A stretch of DNA of 64,000 nucleotides from Eledone cirrhosa (GCA_964016885.1 OZ024756.1:44268001-44332000), one strand, 5' to 3'; counted from the first letter of the stretch, positions 37,527-53,132 are shown. The notes: generated from the sequence alone by a model not told the origin. A program made the numbers and translations.

Positions 37527-37651
37527 GAGTATGTGTGTGTCCGTGTATATATATGTGTTGGGTGTATAATCTTTTTCCAATATATAACATTAGCCCCGTC
37601 TAGAAATCCCTTTCGGCGGAATCATCTTTATTACGAGAATGATTATTTACG

Positions 37652-37757
<106 letters not shown>

Positions 37758-38383
37758 CAAAGGTAAAAATATATATACAAAGCTCAAATGTATGTAGAGG
37801 ATTATATATGATAGTACATAATTGCAAAGTAATATATATTTGATTGTATGTATATATATATATATATAATACCCACATCAAATGTATTATTGGATATACT
37901 GTGCTGCAGCACATATCCTAACTCTCTATATGTGATTATTAATTAGGAATCTTGGCGGTGTCTTCAATTTACCTTTCTTAGCTGTTTCCTTGTTGTTTCT
38001 TCTTTTATGCTCTATTATTTTTTAGCTGTATTCTATTCAAAATATTCATTTACCTCACGCTGTGGGATGAGAAATTGCGAATTCGATAATATACCTCTTA
38101 AGATTTTTCTTAGTAAATTTATATCGATTTCTCCTATTTGTTTATTAATAGATTTATTTATTTTACACCCTACCCGGTATAAAAAATATAGGAAGAGGTT
38201 ATAGATTGATTTTGTGAAATTTCAGATTTATTTTTATATATTGACGGGTAGGCAGGTCGTTATTGTGGATGTTGTTGTTGAGGTGGGGGGTCTGTTGCTG
38301 CTGTCAATAGGGGGGGAGGTGATGATATTAAGGATGATGACGACGACAATGATGTCGACGCTCATGATGATGATAGTGCTGTT

Positions 38384-38455
38384 GAAGAAGAAAAAGAAGA
38401 AGAAGAAGAAGAAGAAGAAGAAGAAGAAGAAGAAGAAGAAGAAGAAGAAGAAGAA
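38384..38455. repeat. (AAG)n microsatellite
   Basis: Seen directly. Confidence 0.97.
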
Positions 38456-39635
38456 ATCAAATCAAATGTATAACAACAAATATATATATAGTTTACGAAT
38501 ATAAACTAAAGCTAACATTTGTTTTATATATCTCTTTGTATATTCTCGTTTTTTTTTTCGTTTTTTTTAGTACTTTTTAGTTATTCAATATTATTTGTAA
38601 TTTTGCCAAGAAGAATAAAATAAGGAAAACTAATTGTTTCAGATCTAACTTTAGAGGTTTAGATGTTCTGGAAATTAAAGCTTGCTATGTGAATATCAAT
38701 TTTATTTTTATTCCAAATATATATATACATATCGTTCAGTTGTTGTTGTTGATGATGATGGTGATGGTGGTGGTGGTGAGGAAGAGGAGGAGGATGTGTT
38801 CATCTGTTTGTATATAGACTTATGAAAAGAAACTCTAATCTAAAACATCATTCGATATTTTAAAAGGAAAATATATCGATTTGATCGGAAGAGGACACAA
38901 CATCAATTTTTTTGTTGTATAGATAGGAATCTTATATATAAGAAATTGATAACCAATTCGGGTATTTATAAAAGATCTTATGCCAAAAAACATCTTAATC
39001 CTTATTTAAATAACATGCGGTTATAGGATCACTTTATGTTTGCTTTTTAAATATCGATCTACTATCAGATATATTACACAGATACTTTCTAGATATTGAT
39101 CTATTTCAGGTATGGAGTTGTTAGGGCGTCAGATTTAAAATGTTTTGGCAATAGTTTCCACTTACTGTTCATTGAGTTCAAATACCGCCGTGGGGTCTAC
39201 TTTGGCATCCATTCTTTACAGATCGATACATAAAGTACCAGTCAACTATTAGGGTCGACTCTGTTGTGTTTCTTTTGGCGCGGGGGGGGGGGCTCAGTTG
39301 AAGTAATTTGGTTTGTAGCAAATTTTTATATTTCTCATCTTATTTGGGTAATTCGGCGAAAGACCAAACTCGTCCTGTGCTTAACTGTTTTGTTGTGTCT
39401 TAGTGTCCACTAAAATGAGTAGTATCAACGTTAATACACTGAAACAACTGTTCGTTTTAGCGTTGTTTTTTTTTCCCGTTGACTTTGTTCTGTCAATGAG
39501 AGAATGACAGAATATAATGTTGGCTGAGAACATCAACATTTGGTTATGAGAGACATTTTAGAACGCATCTCTCAGACCGAGACGTTGATTGACACACAGA
39601 CAGATGAAGATGACGTCCAAACATTTAGAATCGAT

Positions 39636-39697
<62 letters not shown>

Positions 39698-39702
<5 letters not shown>

Positions 39703-39755
39703 ATCAAAAGATGGTTAAAAGAGTTCCAAGTATTTTATGATGCGCATTTCAAAAC
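39698..39755 (-). mobile_element. Very short 3'-end fragment of the PLE1 family in (TA)n
   Basis: taagatcaaaagatggttaaaagagttccaagtattttatgatgcgcatttcaaaa matches about 16815-16870. Confidence 0.8.
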
Positions 39756-39877
39756 TCACCGCCTACATTATATATATATAATAGTTTCAGAAGATCCCGT
39801 TAAGGGTGAAAGCAGCGATTCTTTGCTTAAATTTTAATCTGTTATTTTAATAAATATATATATATATATTTTTATAT

Positions 39878-40154
39878 TTTGGGAGGGTCATGTTGCCAAT
39901 AAGAAACAGACGCACCAGTTGCTTTCACTCCAATTTATTATAAATTAAAAAATAAAAATAAAATTATTATTTTTTTTTTAAATATTTTTAAAAATAATTT
40001 TTTTTTAAATATTTTTTTAAAAATTTATAATAAATTGGAGTGAAAGCAACTGGTGCGTCTGTTTCTTATTGGCAACATGACCCTCCCAAAGTATAACTAT
40101 CGGTTTCAACACACGTTTTCAGATAAAGAATCTTGCTAAACAAATTCAGAAACG

Positions 40155-40156
<2 letters not shown>
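39878..40156. mobile_element. Fold-back copy of the 3983-4112 repeat family
   Basis: 39878-39946 is the reverse complement of 40022-40090. Confidence 0.78.
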
Positions 40157-40241
<85 letters not shown>

Positions 40242-40357
40242 TATATATATATACATATAAATATATTATATATATATATTCGGTTCTGTCGAATCGTTTG
40301 ATGATCTTGTGTCTATGTATCTCAGTGCATAATTCTGGGTATATATATATATATATA

Positions 40358-40660
40358 TAACGAAGGAGTTGTGGTAAGGAACCAGATGGACCATAACGCA
40401 CCAGAGTACTCAATACTTAGGGTAGTAGAGTGGGTAATAGGAGAAAGGAAGTACCCCTTGAAAAGTTCGGCTATTTATTTAACAGACTAAAAAAACTCTT
40501 ACTTTAGTCCAGAAATAGCCGTCGAAACGGCTTGAGCTCTGCCGTCGGGTCTAATCCCGCCGAGGTTAACTTTGCCTTTCAACCTTACTGGGTCGATAAA
40601 ATAAAGTACCAGTAATACACTGGGGTAATAGCTGGCCTTGTGCCAAAAGTAGAAACAATT
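40358..40660. mobile_element. Fragments of the 59.6-kb fold-back family fused to a SINE 3' half
   Basis: 40358-40442 matches 59616-59700; 40506-40552 matches 59752-59799; SINE sequence starts at 40553. Confidence 0.75.
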
Positions 40661-42779
40661 ATATATATATAGAAGTAGTAACACAACAGTTAGTTCAACA
40701 TACCGAGAACAATTGTTCACCTTATGCGGATCTTTAGCTCGGACTCATATATATATATATGTGTATATGTATATGTGTATATATGTGTGTGTGTGTGTGG
40801 TACTAATTAATAGGTATTGTTGTGGCTTGTTAATGATGTGCAAAGCATAGTCAGGTTTCTAGCCCCGTTACTGGTTTACAGCTATTACCCCAGCTATTGA
40901 AATGCTATGTAGAATCGTTATTACATCAAATGTAATTACATCACTACACATGTATTCGCGAAAGTGCATTCACTCAACAGAGATAACCTTATACAAATTA
41001 CAATACAGGCCAAGAACTGGATTCACCTCTTTAATGATAATATATGGAAGAAAAAGTGTAAAATATCTGTTTCTATGTAAGCGAGAGAGGTAGGGATTCC
41101 GCGTGAGAGTCGAACCTATTTGAATTATTTACCCTACATTTAATACAAAAGAAATTTGATATTATTACTGATAGAATATATAAAGATGCTGATTCATTGA
41201 TCTGCAAACATTTAAATAGGAAGAAAACAGATAAAATAAAGTAGGGTCTAGGTAACCTATTCAATGCCTTGAACATTATAATAATTATTACCTGAAACAT
41301 AATCAATATATGTGAGGTAACATTCAAACGCAACAACAAAAAATTCCAGTCATACATTGCACCAAACGGTTCGATCTTGTATATAGACAAGAGTCCACAG
41401 CACACTCTTTGATCTCTTATTAATCTAGCCAATACCATGAGTCCACAGATCTCTGCAATCTCTTAAGACAAAGTGACATCCAATAAGGCAGCAAATATTA
41501 ATAAGAAGCCATCGGCTTATAGTAGTTTAACAACATACAATTACATCCATACAGACAACCCAACAAGAGGCAACGTAAAAGAAGTAGTACAGGCGTTTTA
41601 TTGCACCATGTTCAATTAATATAAGTCCATTGATCATCCAAAATAAATGAATTAATACCAAATATCGCAGATGGCATAAATATATTATTAATGAGAAACT
41701 AATGAATAATCGGAATTAAAAGAATTCAAACAACACAGGAATACATAATTGCGATTTACATTGTGAAAACTTTTGTCCATTTAACGGTAAGTACCTGGAA
41801 ATATCAGGTATATATACCTAGACACCACCACATCTAGCATTAACCAAAGTCACATTCTGTCAACGTAACTATATATTTGAAGAATGGCAAAGAAGATTGG
41901 AGAAAACATTAGCAACGCATGTCTGGGTTTTGAGAAATAAAGTTATATGGTATATTATTAAATGGTGACTGTTAGATAAAATATCACCTTATTCACAATA
42001 TAATGCTTTATGTTGTCTTTATAGAATAGAGAGATTAATAATCATGAAGTATTAAATCAAAACATGAAATAAATATATTGAGAACATGGAATAGGATGTC
42101 TCTTTAAACACCACAGAAGGATAACAACAGAAGAAATATGAAATAAAGAAAGTATTTTTTATCCGCCTCTTTAGATGCCATTTTACATTGTAATTAATAA
42201 TACGTTTGGAACGATTTCCTCAATATAGAAATTTCTTTGAATTAAATGAGCATCAGTTATTCAGAAAATTGGATTACTTATCCTTAGAATACTTTGTTCA
42301 CAAAGCAAAACGCACTATTTTAGGGATAAATGAAAAGAAATTATCTCTTGTAGTTTCGTCTATTAAATTCGCAAGCCATTTCAAGAGAAGCACATGCACA
42401 TACATACATTTTAATAGAAAGAAATATAAAGCAGTTTACAAAATCATAGACAAACATATATACAAGCCATCAGACATACTGACGTATTCATATCTACATA
42501 CACACATACTTTAGGCTATTTAAATGAACACACATACATAGAAATACTGCAAACTCAACTGTTAATAACAGCATGTCTTATAAAATAAATTATTTATTAT
42601 GAAGCACTACTGGTTTCCTGCTGAATTGACATATGTGGAGGGTGATATTAAGTGGGGCAATATTAAGACGGAGTTGACTACACACGAAGAGTCCTCGAAT
42701 TGGAATGATTACATCAGCGCGATTCCCTCTTTAAACCTATCTATATATGTGTCCACGTCTGCGCACGTGTGTGTGTGCT

Positions 42780-43150
42780 AGAGACATTCTTCCAGAGGGT
42801 CCAATCAGAGACAACTTTTCCCAATTAACCCAGAGGAATCTCCAGGAGAGACTAACCGAACTTATGGATGTTATCCGACAATCTTACTCGTAGTCTACAT
42901 CTGGGTTGCCAGCCGGTTGACTTTTTCTGTAAAACATGTCCAACAGTGTTTTCCATAAACATTCCGTAGTCCTGGAACTGTTATCTCTCGATGCGGTGAA
43001 ATAGGGGCTCTACCGGGAGAGACTTCATCATTCGGATATATATGATTGCCAAGCTAACGATTTAGACACTCAGTCATCCCAGCACCTGTTTTAAGTTTAT
43101 CAGAAAGCAACGTTTGTTAGACAGTTTACATATTCGATCTATATAGTATT
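42780..43150 (-). mobile_element. Possible decayed LINE (RTE-like) 3' fragment
   Basis: Higher GC than the flanks; the minus strand loosely resembles an RT C-terminal region with stops and frameshifts. Confidence 0.3.
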
Positions 43151-44646
43151 GTTTGTTTGTGTCTGCAATTAGTGAGTGTTAACGACTGAAAAGTGGAACG
43201 AATAACTTCATTTGCTGGGGAGAAGTATGCTGTAGTGGCAGTGACATGTTATCTCATTCCTTTAGTGGCAGTGGCATGTTATCTCATTTCTCTGTCCATT
43301 ATGTTAGCCAGTTCCTGTTCTTCACAGAGAAATAAAAAAATAATTTATTACACCTTTCAATCGATTATACATAAAATGTATTTAACATTACTGTGTTAGC
43401 ATAGTACTTCAATGGAACAGCTCCTTTCATTTAGAATCACTATAAATTGTTGTATTTTAGAATGCTGTGTTACATTAACATCAGACATATATATATATGG
43501 GGGTGTGCGTGTCTACATACTATATACATTTGCCTACATACTCTAAAGTATTACTGATCTAATAGTAGTGAAGCCGAGCAAGGTATCTAAGGAAAATTAA
43601 AATTGTTTATGGTGAGGTTATTTAACCCCAGTTCATTATTTATTAAGTTGAGCTTTGATCATTGACGTTTCAGCTGAGACACTCTTTCCGATATTTGTTT
43701 GTTAGTATAATGGATATAGCACAGCAGTAAATGTTAGAATGGTCAGAGAATCAGGTATAATATATATATATATATATTGTATTCTCTTCGTTGATTGTAA
43801 ACAAAAGCCAAGTTTAAATAAATTATCAATGTAGATCAACAGTGATTACTTCTGTGGAGAATATATGTGTGTGTGTTTTCAAGTTATTAATTTTTTAGAG
43901 TACTGTAGTTTGTTTGAAGTATGTGAAAAGTGTGAGAAATAATGTGTGTTTTTTACAGGGCTTTAGTAATGCATATGGGACATTAGTTGATAAAATTAAC
44001 GATAACAAAGTTGTTAGAATGTTACCTTGTAGCTGTTTAATCATTCCAAAATATTTCGGTGTAAAATCCTTTTCTAAAAACAAGAGATGCGGAAACTAAC
44101 ACTTAGTACAAATATTCAGAAGTGTAAATAGAGGAATATTGTAAATTTTCTGTACAAATTATATTATAAATTCTCACTAAAAAAAAACATAAATTCACAG
44201 TAAACAATTCTATGACCAAAACGGATTATTCGAACAATACATAATCTTATTGCTTTCATTTACATAAGAAATACAAAACTTTACAGTTGTATTATGCCAT
44301 GTTTTATTGTGCTATGTTATGAATTTACAAACGATTTTGTTTAAAACCATTAAGTCGTTTTACTACGACAAAAATCGGTAAACAAACTTAAAACGCATCA
44401 TACATTCTTGTATTTATTTTTAAAATATAAATCTCACACAAAAGTAAATATTTTATCTGTTTACATGGTATATATATATATAGATAGATATTACATTATA
44501 TTTTAGAATGTATTGTATTATGAAATTACGATATATTTTGTATTTACATAGACAAAGATCAGCAGTCTTTACATCGGTGTAAATATAAACACAGATATAG
44601 AGACACACAGACGCAATCACACTCTCGCACACACAGACATATTTTA

Positions 44647-44710
<64 letters not shown>

Positions 44711-44797
44711 TGCGTGCGTGCGTGCGTGCGTGTGCGCGTGTGTGTACATATATATATATATACATTCATACACACATGTAAGTGTGTGTATTTTCAT

Positions 44798-44877
<80 letters not shown>

Positions 44878-45011
44878 CTATTAACGAATACATCCTCGGG
44901 GAAGTGTATATATTAGAATAGTAAATATTACGATGAATCATTTACAACGATTATTCGTTTCAGTAGATGATTTAATAATGTAAAATTATGTAAACACGCA
45001 CACACACACAC

Positions 45012-45066
<55 letters not shown>

Positions 45067-45136
45067 TACCCAAGGAAAATTCAACTGATAAGGTATGGTT
45101 TCCTTGGGTATGTCAACATTTATAAAACACTCTTTG

Positions 45137-45198
45137 TATTTTATCTGATGAAAGCGTACCAAAGTTTTTGGTACCCTTGAAATATATATAATAGAATA
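45137..45198 (+). ncRNA. Hammerhead ribozyme (F4 variant) in element 45065-45243
   Basis: tattttat CTGATGA aag c gtaccaaa gtt tttggtac c ctt GAAA tatata TA atagaata; 5' hairpin tacccaaggaaa/tttccttgggta; (TA)n on both sides. Confidence 0.85.
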
Positions 45199-45237
45199 AA
45201 TATGGTTTTATAAATATAGTTTCCATTTATTTAATAT

Positions 45238-45295
<58 letters not shown>

Positions 45296-46830
45296 TTATA
45301 TAACAACTGCTACAAATCTGAAATTATGCTAAATAGCATTTATATAGGATTGAAACCTTAATCCCCATAAGATACAAAAGTTTTGTATTTCAACACACAC
45401 ATGCATATATGTGTGTAGAAAATTGTATCTGAATATTAAAGTATTCCTATATATACATATATATATATATATATATGCGGGTGTGCGTGATCCCTGGTCT
45501 GTGTGTATGTGTCGGTGGGTTTTTATGTACATAATGGAAATAGTGTAAAAAAAAAAAAGATGTCTGAATACATCAATAAAGAACGGAAAACACAACAAAG
45601 CTATTATTGAAAAACAATGGCCATTTTGTATAAAGCATTGGCAGACATTTTGTTTTATTTTATTTTTTATATTTTATTTCATACTTAACAATATACAGTG
45701 AGCTTTTCAGAAGAAAGTGATTTAATTTTCAAACTATAATCATTACTGGAAATCCGACTAGTTATATGAAAGAAATAATAATATAGAATTCATCATTTCT
45801 TTGTATATTTTCTCTGAAAGAAATACATAAGTGAATTTTGAAATACGAATATGCCAACAACTGTTGAAATATCTTTTAAATAGCTTTTGGAACGAACAAA
45901 GATTTACTGTCCGTTCTTCTTGTTTGTTGGAGAGATTGAAGTAGAGTTTTATTAGTTTGTAGTAGCTGGGGATGGAGTTGGCGATTGTTTGAGAAAGAAT
46001 TGAGTATTTAGTAAAAGGTAGATTAGATTTAGAGTAGATTAGATTTAGACTGAGATTTAGATTTACATTAGATTATATTGAATTCGATGAAAAAGCCTGT
46101 CTTGCTACATCCTTGAAATACTTATATTGTAGGTGCGGGTTGTTTAGTGTCGTTCTTCGTGAACATTGGTAAGAGGTTCGAGTTTGTGTTTCTTTGTTGG
46201 TATTTATAGCCATGGTTCGTGGTTTGACGACACAGTTAGTGGTTATGATTCATCGCAGTGGTTCGTGGTAGTGCTCGTTGTTGTGAGAGTGATTCTAAGT
46301 CATGGCTGTTGTTAGTGGTTTGTGGGAGAGGATTTTTGCTGTTTCGTTGTCTCAGTTGTGAGGGTGATTCTGGGTCATTGTGTATGGTAGTGGTTTGTGG
46401 GAATGGTTCTTGTTGAAATAATATTCAACAGATTGTATACGAACATTTTCTTTATCAAACAGCATGGTGTGTCGAATAACACGTGCGTCTTTCGACTATC
46501 AAATGAATGTCTGAATATCAGGACAATATGACATATTCGTAGTGATGCTAGAAATAGCACCCATTATAACTGGCTGTCAACTCAACTGTTAAGGAGTAGC
46601 AAATATCAGACGACGTTATTTATTACTAATATAATTGGACATGTCAATGAAAAGAATCACGGGAGATGATACGAATGAAACTTTCTAATATTAGTTTGTT
46701 TAGCTTGTAGCAACAACCACCATCAATGTTTTGGCAATGGATAAACAATGTTTTAAATGCTTCGCTGATCCTTTTCCCTGAGATATCCAATTATATTAGA
46801 GACAAATAACTTTCTGTTTGAAAAAAAAAA

Positions 46831-46932
<102 letters not shown>

Positions 46933-47444
46933 ATCTATATACAACAAATATAATATAAAAATATATATCATATAATAAGCAAAGTTTTATTTAAATTGTT
47001 GGGTTACAACGAGTAAATATTTATAACTGGATATAACTAGAACTAAATAAATAAATAAATAAATAAATATATCATTGATACGTCATTCAACTGGTTCCCA
47101 ACTACCTATTTTCTTTCTCTCTATCTCTATCTATATCTATCTCTCTCTATTTTTTCTCTCTCTCTCTTCTCTCTCTCTCTCTCTCTATCTATCTCCCTCT
47201 GTGTTTTTTTCTCTCTCTATCTATCTCTCTCTGTTTTTTCTTTACATGAATTTCTTCTCTCTATCTATCTCTCTATATCTATCTCTCTCTGTTTTTGATT
47301 GCATGCATTTCTTCTTTTTCTTCGCTTTCTTTCTTTCTTTTTATAACTGTCCCTAACATTTTTCACTACCAAATCAACTTTTTAAATGGAAGTTGAAGTT
47401 GTAAGGTATGTCAAATCTATCTATTTATAAGACTGTTTATATTG

Positions 47445-47510
47445 TATTTTGTCTGAAGAAGGCATACCATATTTTTAATATGATATCCCTGAAATATATA
47501 TAATGAAATA
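47445..47510 (+). ncRNA. Hammerhead ribozyme (F4) in element about 46978-47555
   Basis: tattttgt CTGAAGA agg...cct GAAA tatata TA atgaaata; inverted F4 tail at 46978-47035. Confidence 0.78.
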
Positions 47511-47770
47511 AATATGGTTTTATAAATATAGTTTCCATTTATTTAATATCGTATCATATAATAAGGATATTCTGAACCTCGGTTAAGCTTTTACCGTTTC
47601 AATAGTAAAAGATCATTTTTTGGGGGGTGTACTATAACTGCACTCCTATTTTCTATAGAGTACTAAATGGAATATTGGTCTTACTCGTCTCTACTAGTAT
47701 TAACTCCCCCCTTCTACACACACATATATATATCAGTAAAATGATGTAAGATTCAAATACACTTGATATA

Positions 47771-47798
47771 TCTCTATATATATAACTGACGATGTCTG

Positions 47799-47892
<94 letters not shown>

Positions 47893-48497
47893 CGTTTGAA
47901 TTCATAAAACTTGAGAAGTACCAACCGACTTTTTTCAAACTTTACATGTGTATTACTTATGTTTCAGGGAGTGTTATGCACATAAAAAAAATTCAACTTT
48001 TTGATCCCCAGGGCCCGCATTAGTTGAAAAACTGCGTTTTTTTTCAGATTTTTAGGGGGTTTTTGATTCGTTACGTCAGACTGATTTCCTTGAAATTGTA
48101 ACTATGTATTAGTCAGTCTCTTCTTCATACCGTGAGCAAAGAAAATCCAACTTGTTTAATTTGGATTTTCTAGGGCCCGCATTAGGTGAAAAACTTCATT
48201 TTTTCAGCTTTTTAGGGCATTTTTGAAGCGTTACGTCTAGCCGATTTTCTCGAAATTTCAAGGCATATTATGCACATAAAAAAATTCATTTTCTTGATCT
48301 CCTAGGGCTCGCATTAGGTGAAAACCTGCATTTTTCCTGCTTCACCGAGGAAAATCTTAAAGATTATCCAGCCATCAGAGTATTCGGTTAATTTTCTTTA
48401 CATATTGCCCACGCATGCAGTTTTCCCACGATTAGGTCTGTTGGCAGCCCGCGTTCCAAAATACCTCATCACGTGCAACGCCGGGTACCACTGCTAG
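47771..48497 (+). mobile_element. Non-autonomous Helitron
   Basis: Starts with TC after an A, then tctatatatataac and (GT)n; three internal ggg.ccgcattag.tgaaaa repeats; ends gtgcaacgccgggtaccactg-CTAG before a T; no TSD. Confidence 0.75.
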
Positions 48498-48959
48498 TAT
48501 AAATATATAAGTAAGTGTATTTACACATATACAAAGAGAGAAAGAAAGAATATGAGGTAGAATGGGGTATAATTTATTAGTTTCAAACATGTATATGTGT
48601 GTGTTTCTGGAGAGAAAAATGCTCCTGCAAAGAACTAGAGTGAAGAATGGCCAACTTCAGCAGAGGAAAATAAAATAAAAATCGATTATAAAGAACATGG
48701 AAAGAAGAGGAAAAGAGCATCTATTGTTCATAGCTTCCACCTAACAAGTACATTAGACGTAAGACGCCCACAATAGATACATCGACACCTTCATATAGTC
48801 TCCCCCCACAGTATATGGACTATAGTGGAATATATTCCAAACATTATTATCTTTAACCCACGCATGTATACAATGTTATACAAATACAGAAAAAGAAAAA
48901 AATGTGCGCAAATACATACGTACAGCAAACCACCAGCGCAAACACTACATACATACACA

Positions 48960-49131
48960 CTTGGCAGTATCGGTAGAGGGTTGGACACCATGCTTAGAAT
49001 TACCTCCCTTTATTATCTGAGTTCAAATCCCGCTGAGGTTAACTTTGCTTTTCATCTTTACGGGGTCGATAAAATAAAGTACCAGTAATACACTGGGATA
49101 ATTGCTGGCCTTGTGCCAAAAATAGAAACAA
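48960..49131 (+). mobile_element. tRNA-derived SINE
   Basis: Matches 9730-9919. Confidence 0.85.
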
Positions 49132-50019
49132 TTATATATATATATATATATATATATACGTGTGTATGTATATATATATATAATGTTTGAGTATATATAT
49201 ATATATATGTAAATGTGTATGTATGTGTGTATTTTTATACACAAACATACATATACGTCTATGTGTTAAGAAATATATGCAAATATATAATCATAGAGTA
49301 TTGGTTTTACCAAAGTGGTGTACGTATTTGGCATGGGCGAAGAGATATTGATTATAGAGATGTATATATATATATATATATATACATGCATATATGTTTA
49401 CTCACACACACATACAGACACACACTCACCCACATATCTTTTCCTGTGATTTCACCTATCCAGATTTTTCCGGTTATGTTATTAATATTTCATGTTTGAG
49501 ATGGAAGGACGTCGGATTGGTAGAAAATTAATGATGGCAGAATATGTTGGTTTTTATGTTCAGCTTCTACCTACGAGGATCAAGCTAACATGTACTACAG
49601 CGTGTGCAGCGTTAAAATAATTACATACTACTCATGGAGAATGTTCAATTCAATCGATCATATTTCCTATTTCCTCAGTTAATCCACGTTTGTCTTGCTA
49701 TCAAATAATCTACTTCTCTCTACCTTTGCTTCAATTTTTCTTTTTTTTCCTTTCCCTTTTTTTTGTCCAGCAAACGAACTAGCGACTGATGCAGGGTTAA
49801 TATTGTATTCCTCCCTCGCATAAACCTAGGGATGTCTTCTGGCTTAATGAGCCTCCAAGCTGTGTCTTTTAATTCGAAATTATATCTCATTTTATTTTCA
49901 TTAACACCCCCTTTACATTTGTCCAGTATCTCTACACTTCCTTCCATAGTTCGCACTTGATTCAATTTATGTTTAATTTCTCTAACTTTCCCTGCTTTAT
50001 ACCAGATATTCTACATTAC

Positions 50020-50230
50020 ATAAGGCAATTGACAGAGTCAGTAGAGCGTCGAATTAAAAATAGCACAGTATTTGTTCCCGCTCACGGCGCTCTGAGTTCA
50101 ACTTCCACTGAGGCCAAACCTGTCTTTCATCCTTCTTTCCCCCCCCCCCTCTCTCCTTTTCTCTCTCCTTCTCTGGAAGAAATCAGCTGCGTTCCAACAA
50201 GGAGAAGGATTGGCTCTTGTCATGTTTAAA
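50020..50230 (+). mobile_element. Diverged SINE with CT-rich extension (similar copies at about 51125-51370 and 27640-27875)
   Basis: SINE head and core followed by a shared ctctc..ccttctctggaaga.atc tail. Confidence 0.6.
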
Positions 50231-51446
50231 ATATGGAAGATTCGGTATTTGCCATGACGACCCTCCTCCGACAACATCAATATGAAAGGGTTTCCTTATC
50301 TTTACCTAGATTGCATCACCCTGTCAGCATTGCATCAATTTCTCTACATTGCACCCACTTTCTTACGAGTGACACTTGTAATTTTAGATTCTCTTTAAGG
50401 AAGAAAAGAGAAAATGAATCTTGGTATTTGAACTCAGAACATAATGTATTTATAATTTCAGTGGAAAATGAAACGGGATGAACATGGTCTACTCAAAGTC
50501 TTTCATGTAATTTACGAGCAATAAATAATTCTCGCCGCATATAATTACAAATAAATTAACATGTATGATCTGATCAATGAATCTGTGTTACAGAAAAAGT
50601 CCCCTGAAAATAAAGTATCTATAAAATAAGTTCCCTTTCATATACAAATGGTGGAACTAAATTGTTGATAGGTTGCCTCTATGGACTAATACATTTATGT
50701 GGTATAGATATTACTTTCATGTATGTGCTCATTATGTAGATATATATATATATATCATTTAGGTAGACAAATCAACCCTAATTCTATATATATTTTAAAT
50801 CGAGCTATAAAGTTATATATGCCTATAAGCATATCTATACTTTTTATATGCTCTATATCAAGCTATAAATCTAAATATCTAAGGGACAACAAAGAAACCG
50901 ACTCGATCAATATACTAACCAAATCTACATTTAATGTAACAGCAAACTATATTCAGCGAAGAGGTTTGTTTCTACATAGTCACTTGAGATGCATATAGAA
51001 GGAACGAAATATCTCACAAGAAAAATATTTACTGAGTTCAAAGACAGCAACGTGGTTACTACGTCGCTGTTGAGCAGGATCAGAAACAACACACCACATA
51101 TTTTACAATATGGCTACTGCTGTAAAATGCTGCGAATTGGCAGAGTCGTTAGAACGTCGAACAGAATGCATTGCAGTCTTCCTTCTGACTCTGATTTCTA
51201 ATCCCACCGAGGTCAACTTTGCCTTTCATCCATTTAAGGTCGATAAAAATGTATCAGTCTAGTCCTGGAATCGATTCTTCCTCCATCTCTTCTCTCTCTC
51301 CCTCTCTATCCTTCTCTGGAAGAAATCTGCTATATTCACACCACAAGAGATGAGCTTCGCCAGGTTTTAAAATGCCCTACAAAATGCAGTATGTCAATAT
51401 GGTGCCCCTACGACTCTCTAAACAGACATCCTTTATTTATGTATAA

Positions 51447-51481
<35 letters not shown>

Positions 51482-52283
51482 ATTGAATTAAATAAAGTAT
51501 GAAAACTTACTGTCTTGCCTTCGTACTCATCCATACACACACATACACACACATATATAGAGAGAGGGGGGGAGAGAGTGATGGCAGGAGAGATAGATAG
51601 ATACTGAGATAGAGTATCAAACTGAATAATAAGCAAGTTTATTTAGATAAATATAATGAAAGTGAAGATAGAAAAGTGACTCATGTAGAGAGTTATGAAA
51701 TTTTACGTCAAGAGAAATCTTGAAGACCACATCGGAAGTATGATACTATATATTTTAGTGATATGAAAGCTAAGATTTTGATTATGTAATGTAAATGTAT
51801 GCAATATAAAAACCAAGAAGATTTATTAATGGATGACTTGATACTATTTGCTAAGAAGAAACATGAAATATAGCAGGTGAGAAGCAAAATGTGAAAAGTA
51901 GTGAAGATATTGCGATGGAATTTGGAATTTAAACGTCTTGTGTTTGTAATGAAAAAGGATGAATATTGGAATACTGCAGACCATAATGAAATATACATAT
52001 CGAATAACCAAGTCATAAAAACATGTAGGTGAAACAGGAGAATAATACGTAAAACAAAAGGAAATAATTCGCTAAGAATACTTTGAAGATGACATTGGTG
52101 TTTAAATTATATCTAAATGAATCTGGTCTATATTACATACGATTGTATCTATTTTGATGTATATAGAAGAAATCTTAAAGTGAAATAAAGATCCGGTTAA
52201 GTTTTGTAGGAAATCTTCCAATCCGTGTATCAAATCTATGTACAAAGATGCTTAGAACAGTTGATTGCCAAAAATGTACACAT

Positions 52284-52344
<61 letters not shown>

Positions 52345-53132
52345 AGTCCATTGACTGTGTCTTAACATATGAATGAATGTATCTATGTTTGGATAGTTTC
52401 AAGAAACACACGGTGTATTTAGGTATATTTAATACCATTGTCCGCGAAACTGCCTTTGCCATTTTCTCCGCGGGTCGCAGCCAAACCACCGCTCTGACTT
52501 AGGTGCAGAGTCTGTAACACTCTCCATTTACCCCTTTCTAGTAGTTCTTGCTCTTCCCCTCCATTTCCTCTCATTTATAGCATTCATAGTCTTTTTCGAC
52601 ACTGCTTTCCTTTTCTGTATGTTTCACCATTTAATGTATTAAATATGGTACAAAAAGAATAGAAAGTACGAAACCCATAGAAATAAGAAGCGAGTATAAG
52701 ATATATAACTGAATGAACAAGAAAATTGCGAGTAAACTGAAGAGAAAAATATATGATTTGAAAGAGAATTAGCAACCATAAAGATACAACATAGGAAAAG
52801 AAAAAGATTGTCTTATTATGAAACAGCTTCTCTTACCTAAGATTGTTGAGAAGTGTTTCCACAATAGTATCAAGTATTGTTTTTACACTCATTTCGCTAT
52901 ATTTTGGCTGAAGGACAGGAAGGACTATGTAATGTTTTATTATTTCTCTTGTTTCATTTTGTTTATGAATCATTTCTGTAGCTTCATGTATATTGAATCC
53001 GAGCACTTCTATGGTTTTATTGCCGAATCGTGGAAACTTGCCAGAATATTGTTTTGTTAGCTAATATTGTTGTGGTTCCATGAAACATCTTGGTCAATAG
53101 AATATCTATATTATTCAACGTGATGGGTTTGA

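Noticed and set aside
39785-39850. CAGAAGA t ccc gttaa ggg t GAAA motif, whose 3' flank recurs at the right window edge (63981-64000)
   Set aside because: U4 is mutated and there is no valid stem I or NUH site, so it was not called as a ribozyme.
41073-41438. 121-aa hydrophobic ORF as a membrane protein
   Set aside because: No recognisable family motif; the composition is explained by T-rich sequence.
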